Part shown: positions 50,535-60,757 of the stretch, in pieces
Layout: every line of letters starts with the position of its first letter
Position numbering within the stretch: position 1 is the stretch's first letter
The notes under the pieces: generated by a model
Seen by the model: the letters and a program-made list of their open reading frames with translations, nothing else
The model's database searches: none
What the model was told of the DNA's origin: nothing
Program-made: the position numbers and the translations under genes
Assembly (NCBI GenBank): GCA_002011745.1
Contig: MTOU01000012.1
Location: 57,732 to 121,731 of the forward strand
Origin: Nitrospirae bacterium JdFR-85
GTDB lineage: Bacteria > Nitrospirota > Thermodesulfovibrionia > Thermodesulfovibrionales > JdFR-85
Length of the DNA stretch: 64,000 bases
Direction: 5' to 3'

Positions 50535-51959
50535 ATGAAAAATGCAATACAGATTTTAGCAGTAATAGTGATTGACCTTCTTGCCTACTATCTCTCACTG
50601 TTTCTCGGGATAGAGATAAGGACCTCTGTACTGCCTCTTTTTATTGAGAAACTTCCAGAATTTCCTTTTTCTTATCTTTATTTTGTAAAACTCTTCTGGA
50701 TTCCTGTTATTTTTATATTCTTCATAGCCAATGAACACCTTTATACCATTAAAGTCCCTTTTTGGGATGAATCCAAAAAGATGCTAAAGGCGATAACCAT
50801 ATCCACTCTTGTGGTGATGAGTATTATAACCCTTGGCAAAATGAGCGATAGGGTTTCAAGGGTGGTACTCAGCTCACAATGGTTTCTCTCACTTATGATA
50901 TTTCCATTCTTTAGGTTTTGGGGTAAGAGATTTTTATACAACATAGGGATATGCAGAGAGAAGGTATTAATTCTGGGGGCAGGTAAAGCAGGCAGGGCTG
51001 TTCTCCAGTGGCTTATGAGAGAAAAACATATTGGTTATGATGTGGTAGGTTTTTTGGATGATGATCCAGACAAGATAGGCACCTATGTGGAGGGCAAAAA
51101 GGTCTTTGGTAAGCTAAAACATTACAAAAAGTTTATAAAAGAAATAGGTATTCAGACAGTTATTATCTCAATACCTTCTATGGAAAGCAAGAAACTCTCT
51201 CAACTTGCTTCTGATATCCAGAAGTATGTTAAGCATACAATGGTTGTACCTGAACTACATGGTATTGCCTTGCTTAATACAGAATTGTTACATCTGTTTT
51301 ATGAAGAGATCTTTCTTCTTAATATCCAGAACAATCTTAAGTCAACCTTAAATAGGGTTATAAAAAGGCTCTTTGATATTACAGTAAGTCTCTTATTACT
51401 CCCCTTTCTACTATTTCTGATGGTTATTATAGGGATTATTATAAAAATCGAAAGCCCAGGACCTGTGATATACTCTCATTACAGGATAGGTAGAAAGGGG
51501 AAGATATTTAAATGCTATAAGTTCAGGACAATGCAGAAGGATGCTGAGGAGAAGCTACAGGAGCTTCTGCAGAAGGACAGTTCAGCACGTCTTCAGTGGG
51601 AACAGTACTGGAAACTGATTGATGATCCAAGGGTGACCAGGGTGGGAAGATTCCTTAGAAAGACATCTTTAGATGAGCTACCCCAGATACTCAATGTCCT
51701 GAAAGGAGAGATGAGTCTTATTGGGCCAAGGCCCTATCTGTTACGGGAAAAAGATGCTATTCAGGATAAGCTTGAGATAATAACCTCTGTAGCTCCTGGT
51801 ATTACAGGGCTGTGGCAGGTAAGTGGAAGAAATGATATTACCTACCAGCATAGGATCAAGCTGGATGTATGGTATATAATGAACTGGTCTTTATGGCTTG
51901 ATATTTACATCCTTATCAAGACAATCAAGGTAGTGCTTGGTATGAGAGGTGCAAGATGA
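50535..51959 (+). CDS. wbaP: Undecaprenyl-phosphate sugar phosphotransferase, WbaP family
   Basis: N-terminal TMs; KRLFD, KFRTM, DPRVT, LDELPQ, PGITGLWQVSGR. Confidence 0.88.
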   Translation: MKNAIQILAVIVIDLLAYYLSLFLGIEIRTSVLPLFIEKLPEFPFSYLYFVKLFWIPVIFIFFIANEHLYTIKVPFWDESKKMLKAITISTLVVMSIITLGKMSDRVSRVVLSSQWFLSLMIFPFFRFWGKRFLYNIGICREKVLILGAGKAGRAVLQWLMREKHIGYDVVGFLDDDPDKIGTYVEGKKVFGKLKHYKKFIKEIGIQTVIISIPSMESKKLSQLASDIQKYVKHTMVVPELHGIALLNTELLHLFYEEIFLLNIQNNLKSTLNRVIKRLFDITVSLLLLPFLLFLMVIIGIIIKIESPGPVIYSHYRIGRKGKIFKCYKFRTMQKDAEEKLQELLQKDSSARLQWEQYWKLIDDPRVTRVGRFLRKTSLDELPQILNVLKGEMSLIGPRPYLLREKDAIQDKLEIITSVAPGITGLWQVSGRNDITYQHRIKLDVWYIMNWSLWLDIYILIKTIKVVLGMRGAR

Positions 51960-52576
51960 TAAGGACGGCTACAGTTGTATTGATACTGTTTATATTATCA
52001 GCTTTGGTGGAGACCGTGGAGTCAACAATAGTATTTGAATATTTAACAAACAAACTTCAAGGGACCTACACTATTAAAGGAACCTTCAGACAGACAGTTC
52101 ATATAAGGGATATAGATTCAAAGAGGACATACAAGGGAGAATTTATTCTCAAAAAGCCAGACAAGCTTAAATGGCAGTACCTTGAGGGAAGCAAAGACAC
52201 GCTTTATATAAATGGCAGAGACGCTTACCTTTACCAACCCTTAGAAAAACAGGTGTTTATCTATCCTGCAGAGGGGATTAAAGGAGGAGTTTCTCTGCTA
52301 CTCTGTTTATGGGATAAAGAAGCCCTTAAGAGGGAATTCAGGATTAATGAAAGGGAAGGAGTACTTCTCTTGGAACCTACGAGTAGAAGTTTGTCATTGA
52401 GATGGATCAAGATTTATGTCTCAAAAGAAGAATTCCCTGTGAAAAGACTTGCTTTTGAAGATACCTATGGTAATAGGACAGAGATTGAATTTCTGGATTC
52501 AGAGATTAATGCTCCTGTTGACAATAGTATATTTCAGTTTATCCCTCCTGAAGGGGTCACAGTAATAAGTGAGTAA
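51956..52576 (+). CDS. lolA: Outer-membrane lipoprotein carrier LolA family
   Basis: Signal peptide; F-x-Q, KKPDKLKWQY, FQFIPPEGV C-terminus. Confidence 0.8.
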   Translation: MIRTATVVLILFILSALVETVESTIVFEYLTNKLQGTYTIKGTFRQTVHIRDIDSKRTYKGEFILKKPDKLKWQYLEGSKDTLYINGRDAYLYQPLEKQVFIYPAEGIKGGVSLLLCLWDKEALKREFRINEREGVLLLEPTSRSLSLRWIKIYVSKEEFPVKRLAFEDTYGNRTEIEFLDSEINAPVDNSIFQFIPPEGVTVISE

Positions 52577-52581
52577 GACAG

Positions 52582-53592
52582 ATGGGAGAGATTGTAATAC
52601 TCGGCATAGACACCTCCTGTGATGATACATCTGCTTCTGTGGTAGTAGATGGTAGACGGATCCTCTCCAATGTAGTATCATCCCAGACAGAAATACACAG
52701 GTTCTATGGTGGAGTTGTGCCAGAGCTTGCCTCCCGCAGACATATAGAGATGATAATACCTGTAGTCCAAGAGGCTCTGAGCAGGGCTTCAGTAGAGTTA
52801 AAAGACCTTTCAGCCATTGCTGTATGTTATGGTCCTGGCCTTGTAGGTTCCCTACTTGTGGGTTGTTGTTTTGCAAAGTCAGTCAGTTATGTAGAAGGGG
52901 TCCCTTTGATTGGAGTGAATCATCTTGAGGGCCATATATTCTCTGCCTTTCTTCTGGAAGAGGCTCCTCAGTTCCCCTTTCTATGTCTTGTTGTTTCAGG
53001 AGGGCATACAAGCCTGATAAGAGTTGATGGAGTGAGGCAGTACAGAGAGGTGGGTAGAACCAGGGATGATGCCGCAGGAGAGGCATATGATAAGGTAGCA
53101 AAACTTCTTGGATTGGGTTATCCAGGAGGTCCTATAATTGACCGCCTTTCAGAGGAAGGCGATCCTGAAACAGTGACTCTTCCCAGAGGACTTATGCATG
53201 AAGGATTTGATTTTAGTTTCAGCGGGTTAAAGACAGCCGTAAGGAATCTCATAGAAAAGATTCCTAAGCCTATCAGCTCAGACACTCTAAGGAACCTCTG
53301 TGCATCTTTTCAGGAGGCAGTGATTGATGTGCTTGCAAGAAAGACCTTCAAAGCTCTTGAATCTGAAGGGCTTCAGAGGCTGGTCCTTGCAGGAGGGGTT
53401 GCAGCAAACAGGGCCCTAAGGGAGAGGATGGCCCTGGAGGCTGACAGGAAGGGGATTACACTTTATCTTCCACCTCCTCAGTTATGTACAGACAACGGAG
53501 CCATGATCGCCTCTGCAGGATACTTTCACTATCTACAGAAGAATTTTGCAGGGATTGATCTCACTGCCAAAGCCTATTTGCCAGTAGGCTGA
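52582..53592 (+). CDS. tsaD: tRNA threonylcarbamoyltransferase TsaD
   Basis: GIDTSCDDT, VPELASRRH, NHLEGH, SGGHT, TDNGAMI. Confidence 0.97.
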   Translation: MGEIVILGIDTSCDDTSASVVVDGRRILSNVVSSQTEIHRFYGGVVPELASRRHIEMIIPVVQEALSRASVELKDLSAIAVCYGPGLVGSLLVGCCFAKSVSYVEGVPLIGVNHLEGHIFSAFLLEEAPQFPFLCLVVSGGHTSLIRVDGVRQYREVGRTRDDAAGEAYDKVAKLLGLGYPGGPIIDRLSEEGDPETVTLPRGLMHEGFDFSFSGLKTAVRNLIEKIPKPISSDTLRNLCASFQEAVIDVLARKTFKALESEGLQRLVLAGGVAANRALRERMALEADRKGITLYLPPPQLCTDNGAMIASAGYFHYLQKNFAGIDLTAKAYLPVG

Positions 53593-53593
53593 A

Positions 53594-53623
53594 TTGACAA
53601 TTAACCTCTCTATATGCTAATGT
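53594..53623 (+). promoter_or_regulatory. Sigma-70 promoter, leaderless-type
   Basis: TTGACA-N18-TAATGT with TG extension, 6 nt before ATG 53630. Confidence 0.5.
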
Positions 53624-53629
53624 CTTGGT

Positions 53630-54430
53630 ATGTCAATTCTTAAAGTCAGGGGTATAATAATATCAATCTTTTTTCCTTCTGTACTTCTCTTTTTATATCT
53701 CCCTGCTGAAGCAATGGATGAGAATAAGTTTATGCCTGTTCAACCACTGGGGACTTTCTCGACATTGAGTTCCTATACCTTTGGAGAGGATAGATTAGGG
53801 GCCATGTTGGGAATAGAAAAGGTTATAGATCCTGAATTTACCCGTTTCAGTTTATCTGTTGAGTATGGATTAACCGAGAATACAGATGTTTTGTTGAATA
53901 TACCATATGTGGTTGATTACTTCCAAAACAGTGGATTTCAGGATGTTAGCATAGGATTCAAACAGAGAATAATACCTGAAAAATATATAAGTCCTTCTCT
54001 CTCCTATCTAATTGGTGTCACAATTCCTGGCAGCAGAGGCATATCAACAAGAGGGAGTATAGGAGGAGGTCTTTTAATAAGCAAGAAGGTAGGACCTTTC
54101 TCTGGTAATATAAATCTATTCTACTTCCTGCCTGCAGAGTCTGGACTGGATGATGAGATACAGTTTAATATGGGTTTTGTTCTTTCGGTTGCTCACAATT
54201 TTGATATTATTACAGAGATGATAATAAAGGATAGCCACTTCTCTCAGAAGGTAGACCTTGTGGAGGGAAGACTGGGCTATAGAGTGCAGCTCTCCAGTGG
54301 GGCTTTTGGGGCAGTAGGAATTGGATATGATTTTAAGAATAGAGACCCTGAATGGAGAGTACTCTTTGGTATTAGCATCACCTATCCTGAACAGAAGAGA
54401 AGTATAAGGAGGATATATGAAGAGGAATAG
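53630..54430 (+). CDS. Putative outer-membrane beta-barrel protein
   Basis: Signal peptide; alternating amphipathic strands (EYGLT, GFQDVSIGFK, WRVLFGISITY). Confidence 0.6.
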   Translation: MSILKVRGIIISIFFPSVLLFLYLPAEAMDENKFMPVQPLGTFSTLSSYTFGEDRLGAMLGIEKVIDPEFTRFSLSVEYGLTENTDVLLNIPYVVDYFQNSGFQDVSIGFKQRIIPEKYISPSLSYLIGVTIPGSRGISTRGSIGGGLLISKKVGPFSGNINLFYFLPAESGLDDEIQFNMGFVLSVAHNFDIITEMIIKDSHFSQKVDLVEGRLGYRVQLSSGAFGAVGIGYDFKNRDPEWRVLFGISITYPEQKRSIRRIYEEE

Positions 54431-55763
54431 GGTGGTGTGGACTGTTTTTCTTGTGGTTGTCCTCTATATTCCCATGAGCATAGAAGCCAGAATGGTACCA
54501 GAGTCCTTTTCTGAGATAGTGAAATTGAGGGCAAAGACAGTAGTGAATATTAGTAGTACCAGGGTTATCAGTGAAGATGTTATTCCTATGCCAGGGCTGC
54601 CCTTTCCAGACAGTGAGAAGAGGTTTAAGAGACACTCTCTTGGATCAGGATTTATTATTGATAGTGAGGGATATATATTGACCAGTTTTCATGTAGTAGA
54701 AAGGGCTGAAGATATCAGAGTGACTCTTTGGGATGAATCTGAGTATATAGCCAAGATTGTTGGTAAGGATGAAAAAACAGATATTGCTCTTATAAAGATT
54801 GAGACCCAGAAGCAACTACCTGTAGCGCCTCTTGGTGATTCGGACACCCTTGAGGTAGGTGATTGGGTTCTTGCTATAGGGAATCCCTTTGGTTTGGGAC
54901 ATACTGTTACTGCAGGGATTGTGAGTGCTAAAGGCAGGGTGCTTGGTGCAGGTCCATACGACGATTTTATCCAGACCGATGCTGCTATTAATCCAGGCAA
55001 CTCAGGTGGCCCCCTTTTTAATCTGGATGGGGAGGTGGTGGGTATAAACACCGCGATATTCTCACCTTCAGGCGGTAATATCGGGATAGGCTTTGCTATC
55101 CCAATTAATATTGCAAAGGAGATCCTTCCCTCTCTTAAACAGAAGGGATATGTAGAGAGGGGATGGCTGGGTGTTACTGTTCAGAAGGTGACTCCAGAGA
55201 TAGCTAAGACCTTTGGACTCCAAGAGCCTCGTGGAGCACTTGTGGCGGATATCACCAAGGGATCTCCAGCAGAGAAGGCTGGTATAAAAAGAGGTGATAT
55301 TATTGTTGAGTATAACGGGAATGAGATTGCTGATATACATGAACTACCGAGACTTGTTGCAAATACTCCTATAGGTTCAGAGGTCTCTATTAAGGTTTAC
55401 AGGGACGGAGGGTATGTAGAATTAAAGGTCCGGATTGAGAAGTTAAAAGAAGGAATAGCAACACCGGAGCAGTTTATTGAGAAGTTGATTGGTATAAAAG
55501 TGAAGACTCTCCATCCTGCTATAGCAGAGCAATTCGGGGTTAAGGATGGAGGAGCTGTTATAGTGGTTGATGTGATAAGGGGTTCGCCTGCCTCTAAAAT
55601 TAATTTACGCAAAGGTGATATAATAGTGGAGATAAACAGACAGCGTGTAACTTCTGTAGAAGAGATGGTTTCTGTTCTGAAGGAGGTACAGAAAGGAGAT
55701 ACAGTGTTGCTACTGTTACGTAGAAGCAGAGGGTATGTATATATGAGTCTTGTGTTGGAATAG
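54417..55763 (+). CDS. DegP/DegQ (HtrA) serine protease with 2 PDZ domains
   Basis: LGSGFI, HVV, TDIAL, IQTDAAINPGNSGGPL. Confidence 0.95.
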   Translation: MKRNRVVWTVFLVVVLYIPMSIEARMVPESFSEIVKLRAKTVVNISSTRVISEDVIPMPGLPFPDSEKRFKRHSLGSGFIIDSEGYILTSFHVVERAEDIRVTLWDESEYIAKIVGKDEKTDIALIKIETQKQLPVAPLGDSDTLEVGDWVLAIGNPFGLGHTVTAGIVSAKGRVLGAGPYDDFIQTDAAINPGNSGGPLFNLDGEVVGINTAIFSPSGGNIGIGFAIPINIAKEILPSLKQKGYVERGWLGVTVQKVTPEIAKTFGLQEPRGALVADITKGSPAEKAGIKRGDIIVEYNGNEIADIHELPRLVANTPIGSEVSIKVYRDGGYVELKVRIEKLKEGIATPEQFIEKLIGIKVKTLHPAIAEQFGVKDGGAVIVVDVIRGSPASKINLRKGDIIVEINRQRVTSVEEMVSVLKEVQKGDTVLLLLRRSRGYVYMSLVLE

Positions 55764-55765
55764 AG

Positions 55766-56125
55766 ATGTTTGATCTGGGAGTACAGGAATTAATAGTAAT
55801 CTTTGCTGTTGCATTGATTGTATTTGGGCCTAAGAAATTGCCTGAATTGGCTAAGGCTATGGGCAAGGGCATGGCAGAGTTGAGGAGATCACTGCAGGGA
55901 GTAAAAGAACAGATAGATGAGGAGATGCAGGATATTGAGAATCCTGTAAAAGAGGAGTTAAAAGAGGTGACAGAAGATCTTCCAAAGTTTGACAATATTG
56001 CAGGACTGGATGATATAGACATATTCGATGAGAAGACAGATACAGATGGTGATAAAACCGTAGAGAAAGAGAAGGAGATAAAAAAATCTGAGACAGATAA
56101 GGGGGAAAAAGGGGTAGATGGATGA
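55766..56125 (+). CDS. tatB: Twin-arginine translocase TatA/TatB subunit
   Basis: ELIVI..ALIVFGPKKLPE; directly upstream of tatC. Confidence 0.8.
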   Translation: MFDLGVQELIVIFAVALIVFGPKKLPELAKAMGKGMAELRRSLQGVKEQIDEEMQDIENPVKEELKEVTEDLPKFDNIAGLDDIDIFDEKTDTDGDKTVEKEKEIKKSETDKGEKGVDG

Positions 56126-56900
56126 AAAACTCCCCTTTACTGCCCATCTTGAGGAACTCCGTCAGAGGCTCATAAAATCCCTGATAGCCGTAGTTGTAGG
56201 TTTCATTGTCTCCTTCAGTTTTTCTGAGAAGATATTTCAGGTGCTTATCCTTCCGTTAAAGAAAGACCTTCATCTTAAGACAGAATACCCCTTTTTTGAA
56301 TTAATACCAAAGGCACACCCTATTGAGAAACTTGTCTTTTTAGCACCTGCAGAAGCATTCTGGATGCATATAAAGGTTTCCATAGTTACAGGAATAATTC
56401 TATCGCTTCCTATAATTCTCTATCAGGTATGGAAATTTATAGCTCCAGGGCTTTTACCTTCAGAGAAGAAGTACATAGGCCCATTTATTGTGGCAGGTAC
56501 AGGGCTCTTTCTCTTAGGAGACCTCTTCTGTTTTGCAGTAATTCTTCCCTTTGCAATGGGATTCCTTCTCACTTATAAAACAGGTTCCCTTACTCCTATG
56601 ATATCAGTAGGTAGTTATATAGATTTTACTTTGAAGTTTTTACTTGCCTTTGGTGCAGTATTTGAATTGCCAATAATTATTCTATTTTTGACAAAAATGG
56701 GACTCATTACACCAAAAACCCTTGCGAAGAATAGAAAGTATGCAGTACTTATAGCCTTTGTACTTGCAGCCATTCTCACTCCTACCCCTGATGCTTTTAA
56801 TCAGACACTCATGGCAGGTCCTATCTTAATTCTCTATGAGGTTGGTATAATAATTTCTAAGATATTTTCGAGGAAGAAAGATGAAGGGGATCAGGGGTAA
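56118..56900 (+). CDS. tatC: Twin-arginine translocase TatC
   Basis: HLEELRQRL, FIAPGL, FELP, TPTPD. Confidence 0.96.
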   Translation: MDEKLPFTAHLEELRQRLIKSLIAVVVGFIVSFSFSEKIFQVLILPLKKDLHLKTEYPFFELIPKAHPIEKLVFLAPAEAFWMHIKVSIVTGIILSLPIILYQVWKFIAPGLLPSEKKYIGPFIVAGTGLFLLGDLFCFAVILPFAMGFLLTYKTGSLTPMISVGSYIDFTLKFLLAFGAVFELPIIILFLTKMGLITPKTLAKNRKYAVLIAFVLAAILTPTPDAFNQTLMAGPILILYEVGIIISKIFSRKKDEGDQG

Positions 56901-57159
56901 GAGTGTAAAGTCAATAGTCTTTGATATTGCGGAGGGATATGTTACAGTGAATCCCTTATTCCTCAAGCCTCTGGATACAGAAACGATAAAAGAATTATAC
57001 CACGAGATTCGAATGGTGCAGAACGAGATTAGGGGAGGGCAGTTTCCTCACGGAGATGTGAAGGCTATTAGACAACGGAATATGAAGCTTCAAAGGCTAC
57101 ATACAGCAGCAATGATAATAAAAAATTATATGAGAACAACAAGAAGAATTTTTATTTAA
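56881..57159 (+). CDS. Small hypothetical protein
   Basis: 92-aa ORF overlapping tatC and ending 2 nt before the HEAT gene. Confidence 0.6.
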   Translation: MKGIRGKSVKSIVFDIAEGYVTVNPLFLKPLDTETIKELYHEIRMVQNEIRGGQFPHGDVKAIRQRNMKLQRLHTAAMIIKNYMRTTRRIFI

Positions 57160-57161
57160 TT

Positions 57162-58796
57162 ATGGCGGCTGTGGAGGAATTAAAAGATTTTATCAATCAT
57201 TTAATTAAGGCCAAGAAGAATATTCGCCTTTATCCTGAAAACAATCCAGTCTATATGAAGACCTTAGAAGAGATCTATTCTTATTTAAAGAATCTTTTAG
57301 AGGAAGAAGAAGACCTGGTATTTCATATAAAACAGTTCGAGATCCTACATGATGGAGAAGTAATATACAAGAATGAAGACAAAGACGAGAGTTTAGCGCT
57401 TTTTTTCTTTAAGGATGGTATAAGAGAACTGAGGTTTAAAAAAGGGATTCCTCTGGATGAGGTTGAAGACTTTCTTAAAATTATATCAACTGACTTTGAG
57501 AGACAGATGGTCGATGATGATATTGTTACACTAATGTGGGAGAGAGATTTTCAGTATATACAGTATGTGGTAGATGATACGATTCTGATTGAGGATGAGA
57601 CATATGAAGAAGAGGCAGTAAGACAGGTAAAGAAGGCTGTTTCAGGGGCTGATGTTCTGAAGGCCTATCAGGAGGCTTTTGGTATAGAGAAACCTTCTGA
57701 GGTAAGTATCGTGCCCCTTACTAATGAAGATATAAAGAACATTGTCCAGCAGATTGAAGAAGAGGATGAGGATAAGTCTCTTAAGTTAATTCATCTACTC
57801 TTTGAAATGCTTTTTTATGCATCAGGCAAGGGTGAGTATGAAGAACTGGTAAGGTATATAAAAGAGACTTTTAATTATGCGATAGGCCGAGGCAATATTG
57901 AGACTGTTATATATGGCTTAGAGAAGTTAAGACAGTCTCTGCAGGAGAGGATATATCCTCCAGAGATAAACTCTCTGTTAAAAGGAGTGGAGTATTATAT
58001 AAATTCATCCCAATTTATAAGGCTCTTTGGTGAAACTCTTGATGCAGGAGTAGAATTTGAAGAGAAAGATCTCTATAGATTGGCATCTCTTATGAGTAAA
58101 GAGTCTATTCCACATTTAATCGCTATTCTGGGTGAATTGCAGAATATTTCCTCGAGAAAGACTGTAATAAGAATTCTCACGGAGATAGGTAAAAAAGATC
58201 TCTCACTTCTTGCCAAAGGACTACATGATAGGAGATGGTATGTAGTGAGGAATATTATTTATATAATGAGGCAGATAGGCAATAGGAGGATTATTGATTA
58301 TATAACTCCTTTAATTAGACATCCTGACAAGAGAGTCAAAAAAGAGGTGCTTTCCGCACTGGGTGAACTTGGTTCTGCAGGTACAGTACAGCTACTTAAG
58401 GATTGTCTCTATGATGAGGATGAGACTGTAAGAATAACCGCTGTCAGGTCAATTGGAATGTTGGATTCTCCTCTTTCTAAGAAGGTCATCTTAGAGACGA
58501 TACAGGATAAGAGATTTAAAGACCGTAGTGTGGCTGAGAAAAAGGAGTTTTTTAAGGTCCTCTCCAGATGGAGAGATACTGATACTGTGGACTATCTAAT
58601 TAGTCTCTTGAAGAGGAGGTCGTTTTTCAGAAAGACAAGAGTTGAAGAGATGAAGGCTATGGCAGCCTATGCACTTGGGCTGATAGGGGCCAAAGAGGCG
58701 AAAGAATTGCTTGAGAAATATAGAAACTCTAAAAATCCTCTTTTAAGGGAAAATATAGAATTTGCGCTGACAAGGATAAAGAATGATGTGGGATGA
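57162..58796 (+). CDS. HEAT-repeat protein with an N-terminal domain of unknown function
   Basis: RWYVVRN, HPDKRVKKEV, DEDETVRITAV repeats. Confidence 0.8.
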   Translation: MAAVEELKDFINHLIKAKKNIRLYPENNPVYMKTLEEIYSYLKNLLEEEEDLVFHIKQFEILHDGEVIYKNEDKDESLALFFFKDGIRELRFKKGIPLDEVEDFLKIISTDFERQMVDDDIVTLMWERDFQYIQYVVDDTILIEDETYEEEAVRQVKKAVSGADVLKAYQEAFGIEKPSEVSIVPLTNEDIKNIVQQIEEEDEDKSLKLIHLLFEMLFYASGKGEYEELVRYIKETFNYAIGRGNIETVIYGLEKLRQSLQERIYPPEINSLLKGVEYYINSSQFIRLFGETLDAGVEFEEKDLYRLASLMSKESIPHLIAILGELQNISSRKTVIRILTEIGKKDLSLLAKGLHDRRWYVVRNIIYIMRQIGNRRIIDYITPLIRHPDKRVKKEVLSALGELGSAGTVQLLKDCLYDEDETVRITAVRSIGMLDSPLSKKVILETIQDKRFKDRSVAEKKEFFKVLSRWRDTDTVDYLISLLKRRSFFRKTRVEEMKAMAAYALGLIGAKEAKELLEKYRNSKNPLLRENIEFALTRIKNDVG

Positions 58797-60189
58797 TAAG
58801 GGAGAAGAGTATATCAAAGAATCACAGCATCTTATAAATCAGCTTGCTGTGCTTATAAGAACATGTCTTATTCATAGTACTGAAAATGTTGCGGTGTTAA
58901 AGGCGATAGAGCGTTTTCTTGAAATTATTCATTCATTTTTGCAAGAGAATGAGTCACTAAGAATCGATCTTATTGGTGAGTTTTTCTATATAAATGAGAC
59001 AAGGGTAAAATACCCTCTCGAGTACCTCTTAAATTTTGATTATCTTAGTAGAGAATTCAGGCGGAGGGAATTAGGGACGGTGGTCTTTTATCCAAATGTT
59101 ACAAAAGAGGCGATTAAGACATTCATCTCTGCCTTTATCAAATCAGGATACTCCAATACACCTTATGAGTCTCTTGAGGCATATCTTGAGAAGACAGACT
59201 CAATACATATAGAGAGACTAAAAAAGATACAAGAAGAGGGTGAGATAGACAGAAGACGTATTGTGAAGAAGACATATTTCAATGCTGTTTCATTCACAAG
59301 GGGTGTTATGAATAAACTTAGGGCAGGTGAGAAGGTGAGTATAAAGAAGGCGAAGAGAATTATTGAATCAATGGTGGATATGATCCTTCAGGAAGAGCCT
59401 CTCCTTATAGGAATGACTGCTATTAAAGACTATGATGATTATACCTATCACCATTCCGTAAATGTTAGTATTCTCTCAATAGCAATAGGTCAGAAGATAG
59501 GACTGCATAAGAAGGCATTAACAGAGCTTGGACTGGTGGCACTGTTTCATGATATTGGGAAGATGGAGATACCAAAGGAGATACTGAATAAACCTACACC
59601 TTTTACAGAGGAGGAATGGCAGATAGTAAGACGGCATCCTTATTGGGGTGCACGCACAATTCTCAAATTAAAGGGCCTTGAAAAGTCTTCTATCCTGGGA
59701 GCTATCGTAGCCTTTGAACACCATATGTATTATGATCATTCTGGATATCCTAAGGTTAGAGAGCCAAAGGCACTTGACTTCTATAGCAGAATTGTTGCTA
59801 TTGCAGATCAATATGATGCAATGACCTCTTCAAGGGTATATGCGAGGGTTCCTCTTCCACCAGACAAAGCATTGAGTGTTATGATGGAAAGGGCGGGGAC
59901 CCAGATTGATCCTGTGCTATTTAAATTCTTTGTGAATATGGTAGGTGTATATCCTGTAGGTTCTCTGGTGCTTCTTGATACAAAAGAGATGGGACTTGTG
60001 TATGAGTGTAATCCACTTTTTGCTGACAGACCGAGGGTTATGATCATTGTTGACAGCAGAGGTAACAAGATTGATGGATATATAGTTGATCTCACGGAAA
60101 AGGATGACTCAGGCAGATATATACGGAGTATAGTTAAGACACTTGATCCCAACAGATATAAGGTAAACCTGGCAGAGTATTTACTCTGA
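58783..60189 (+). CDS. HD-GYP domain phosphodiesterase
   Basis: YTYHHSVNV, HDIGK, EHH..SGYP, IADQYDAMTS.R.Y. Confidence 0.9.
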   Translation: MMWDDKGEEYIKESQHLINQLAVLIRTCLIHSTENVAVLKAIERFLEIIHSFLQENESLRIDLIGEFFYINETRVKYPLEYLLNFDYLSREFRRRELGTVVFYPNVTKEAIKTFISAFIKSGYSNTPYESLEAYLEKTDSIHIERLKKIQEEGEIDRRRIVKKTYFNAVSFTRGVMNKLRAGEKVSIKKAKRIIESMVDMILQEEPLLIGMTAIKDYDDYTYHHSVNVSILSIAIGQKIGLHKKALTELGLVALFHDIGKMEIPKEILNKPTPFTEEEWQIVRRHPYWGARTILKLKGLEKSSILGAIVAFEHHMYYDHSGYPKVREPKALDFYSRIVAIADQYDAMTSSRVYARVPLPPDKALSVMMERAGTQIDPVLFKFFVNMVGVYPVGSLVLLDTKEMGLVYECNPLFADRPRVMIIVDSRGNKIDGYIVDLTEKDDSGRYIRSIVKTLDPNRYKVNLAEYLL

Positions 60190-60756
60190 GCCTCCTCCTG
60201 TCTGCCTCATTACATGTAGGATTCTCTGTAGTACTGTTAGATGTGAGAGTATAAAGAGTGCCCAGAGAAAGGGGCTGAGATAGGTAGTAATACATCCAAT
60301 TGCAGTAAGAATTACTCTCTCTGGTCTTTCCATTAGTCCTGTATGACAATCTATTCCTACTGCCTCTGCTCGTGCCCTGGTATAACTTATTAAAAAGGCA
60401 CCAACAAGGGTTCCGAGACTAAGTCCTACGCCAGTATAATCTCCAATCCTATACATATAGATGGCTATAGCCAGAAATACAAAGGCATCAGAATACCTGT
60501 CAAGGACTGAATCAAGGAAGGCTCCAAAGTCTGTCACTTTACCATTTGTTCTTGCCACTACTCCATCAATTACATCAAAGGCTCCTCCAACTAGGATAAG
60601 AATACCTCCTGTCCGTAAATTGAAAGGAATAGTGGCTGCAGCTACAGTACTTATAACAAAGCCCATTACTGTGAAGAAGTTTGGATTTATCTTTATCCTC
60701 TTTACAACAGGTTCAAGAGGTTTATCAAGAAAATGCCCCCATCTTGCACTGAGCAT
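60181..60756 (-). CDS. CDP-alcohol phosphatidyltransferase (PIP/AIP-synthase-like)
   Basis: DVIDGVVAR..GAFLDSVLDR; SYTRARAE; ERPER. Confidence 0.85.
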   Translation of the reverse strand: MLSARWGHFLDKPLEPVVKRIKINPNFFTVMGFVISTVAAATIPFNLRTGGILILVGGAFDVIDGVVARTNGKVTDFGAFLDSVLDRYSDAFVFLAIAIYMYRIGDYTGVGLSLGTLVGAFLISYTRARAEAVGIDCHTGLMERPERVILTAIGCITTYLSPFLWALFILSHLTVLQRILHVMRQTGGGSE

Positions 60757-60757
60757 G

